DNA from: a virus
Taxonomy: Duplodnaviria > Caudoviricetes
Strand: one strand, 5' to 3'
IMG/VR virus record: IMGVR_UViG_3300009702_000031
Location: 1-55,152 of that record
Length of the DNA: 55,152 nucleotides
Positions 53,901 to 55,152 of the stretch are shown one piece after another. The notes beneath the pieces were generated by a model, which made no database searches, was not told the origin of the DNA, and saw only the letters and a program-made list of their open reading frames with translations. A program made the position numbers and the translations under genes. Position 1 is the first letter of the stretch. Each line of letters starts with the position of its first letter.

Positions 53901-55152
53901 GACGGTGAAAGAAAGGGCAAGAGAAAGAGATAAACTTAGTTTATACAGGGGAGCTTTAACTACTACTACTGATGAGGGTAAAAGAAAGGAATACCTTTCT
54001 AGAATAAAGAATGAAGAGGCTGTTATAGCTTCTCTTACTGCTACTATAGATACTCAAGCGGAGAGCATTTCTAGATTTAAAAGCAAATTAGAAGAGACTA
54101 ACACTGTTTATCAACAAATAATAGACACTGTAGCCAAATTTACCGATGTGTCTGCAATTATGTATAAATTAAATGATAGTATTGATCGATTAAAAGTTAG
54201 TCAGGCAGTAAATCAACAACCAGGAATAAAGAGTTTTGATGAGGCTATGTCTAAAAGATTAGGCGGAAGTAGCCCATTTGCTCAACAACTAGTGCTTCCA
54301 GAATTTAGGCGCCGTGCTCGTAGAGTAGGAGTTGATATTCCAGGTATGACTACAGATCAGTTTACTATGAAAGAAGTAGATATCAAAAATAAATTAGCGT
54401 ATGGAAATGTACAAGGTAAGGAACGTCAACAATTGTTGATGCAACTACATGATATTCCCGCACTGAAACAGGCTTACGAATATCAACGAAAACAACGTGA
54501 AGCTAATAAAAAATTAGCTGATGAAATACAACCCTTTAAAGAGATGGCCACTGGTTTAGAAACTATGGCACAATCTAGGAAGTTTAGCCCAACAGAACGT
54601 AGTCAATTATCGAATGTTAAGACAATACTAGATCAATTGATAGCTGATGCAGGCAAAGTAAAGAATATTTCAGAAGAAATAAAAAAATACCAAAATGTTC
54701 CTGGTGCTGAAGCTAGAGTTAAAGAGTATATTAAATTTCAAAAAGAAGGGGCCACTAAGACGCAGGGAATAGATTTTAAAATGTATAGCGATTTAAACAA
54801 GGCTTTAAATTCTCTTCATGACACTTTTGGGTCAACATTAGAGGAAATAAAAAAGAAGTATTATAAAGAAGATAAGTATGAGCCTATTACAACAAAACAA
54901 GACACCCAAATCGGGCTATTAGAGGATATAAAATCAAATACCGGTGGTTTTACGAGTCATATAAGTGACGCTTTTAATCATATCCGTGAACTTTTTACTA
55001 AACCAGATACTAAGGACGTTAATGTACAAGTACAAGGAAAAAATGCGGGGGGTCCTCCTAAAGCTAAGCAAATTGGCGGCGCCGGATATTTAAATTCCAA
55101 GGGTAAGTTTATTGGCGGAGCAGGTCCAAAAATCGATGATCATTTAGTTATA
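35927..55152 (+). CDS. Giant tape-measure polyprotein (>6,400 codons, 3'-truncated): two-barrel RNA polymerase + PD-(D/E)xK nuclease + tape measure; broken by TAG 41447, TAG 42464 and a -1 shift near 50010
   Basis: ORFs 35927, 41531 and 42473 share one frame with open gaps; the -1 frame is open from 50005 to the window end; AGGAGGAG RBS precedes TTG 35927. Confidence 0.75.
39650..41330 (+). other. RNA polymerase beta-like (RpoB/Rpb2) catalytic module within the giant ORF
   Basis: PFGQFQQVGRN (39650), GFNVLTEF....TFEDQIVVSGRL (39839), GRKLTTRYGSKGV (40247), PIDVIISSKGIGKRGLQPELLE (40775), LVGKKFL (41174) and GLKLNIQAYAA (41261), in RpoB order. Confidence 0.88.
41620..44210 (+). other. RNA polymerase beta'-like (RpoC/Rpb1) catalytic module within the giant ORF
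   Basis: GKKGAVAEVLFTRRV (42524), LKQTELGLP (42803), VRFPFTGTSSVQPYKPKL (R at 43091) and KLDFDGDAIEVH (DFDGD 43415-43429), in RpoC order. Confidence 0.9.
45850..46500 (+). other. RecB/Cas4-like PD-(D/E)xK nuclease domain within the giant ORF
   Basis: GTGLHSKIE (46028), FE, ITGHIDAV (D 46148), VIDVKT (46184-46201) and QLNVY (46328). Confidence 0.85.
48010..49080 (+). other. TP901-family phage tail tape-measure domain within the giant ORF
   Basis: DVETGMAQIKMV...GMRVFAQQG...ATEALTA...DMADAIKKSASAA..AGFTFDQLNGII.AIGSTTRQSG.EIGTSMRFIF.RL...W..LS..Q...IA..VGG.RQYN.L..LM.NW. Confidence 0.88.

Noticed and set aside
1-55152. Genome-wide TAG reassignment (genetic code 15-like)
   Set aside because: TAG cleanly ends many genes just before the next RBS or start (404, 5762, 24309, 25587, 26088, 28919, 32044, 34875). 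Only two internal TAGs occur in about 6,400 codons of the giant gene, and one interruption elsewhere is TAA.

Overview
AT-rich, single-strand (+) virion morphogenesis region of a large tailed phage, probably sipho-like because no sheath gene is visible. Order: portal C-terminus, two unknown genes, prohead protease, scaffold, head decoration, major capsid protein (MCP), about 20 kb of modular fibre/decoration genes, neck/head-closure/terminator-like genes, tail tube, two paralogous tail-assembly chaperones, and a giant gene in the tape-measure position (35927 to beyond 55152, >6,400 codons). Main finding: the giant gene carries, in canonical order and spacing, the signature motifs of both the beta and beta' subunits of a two-barrel DNA-dependent RNA polymerase (FED, K-x7-K, PxD...GxxxR, GKxG...RV, GLP, RxP, DFDGD). 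These are followed by a RecB/Cas4-like PD-(D/E)xK nuclease and a TP901-type tape-measure domain, which suggests a tape-measure-fused, virion-delivered RNA polymerase/nuclease polyprotein. The frame is broken by two in-frame TAGs and one -1 shift at an A7 run; these may be sequencing errors or recoding. Second finding: the MCP gene is split by three group I introns around two 29-nt micro-exons; two introns encode LAGLIDADG endonucleases and the third intron appears to end in A rather than the canonical G. All calls are by eye from motifs and gene order; no database searches were run.
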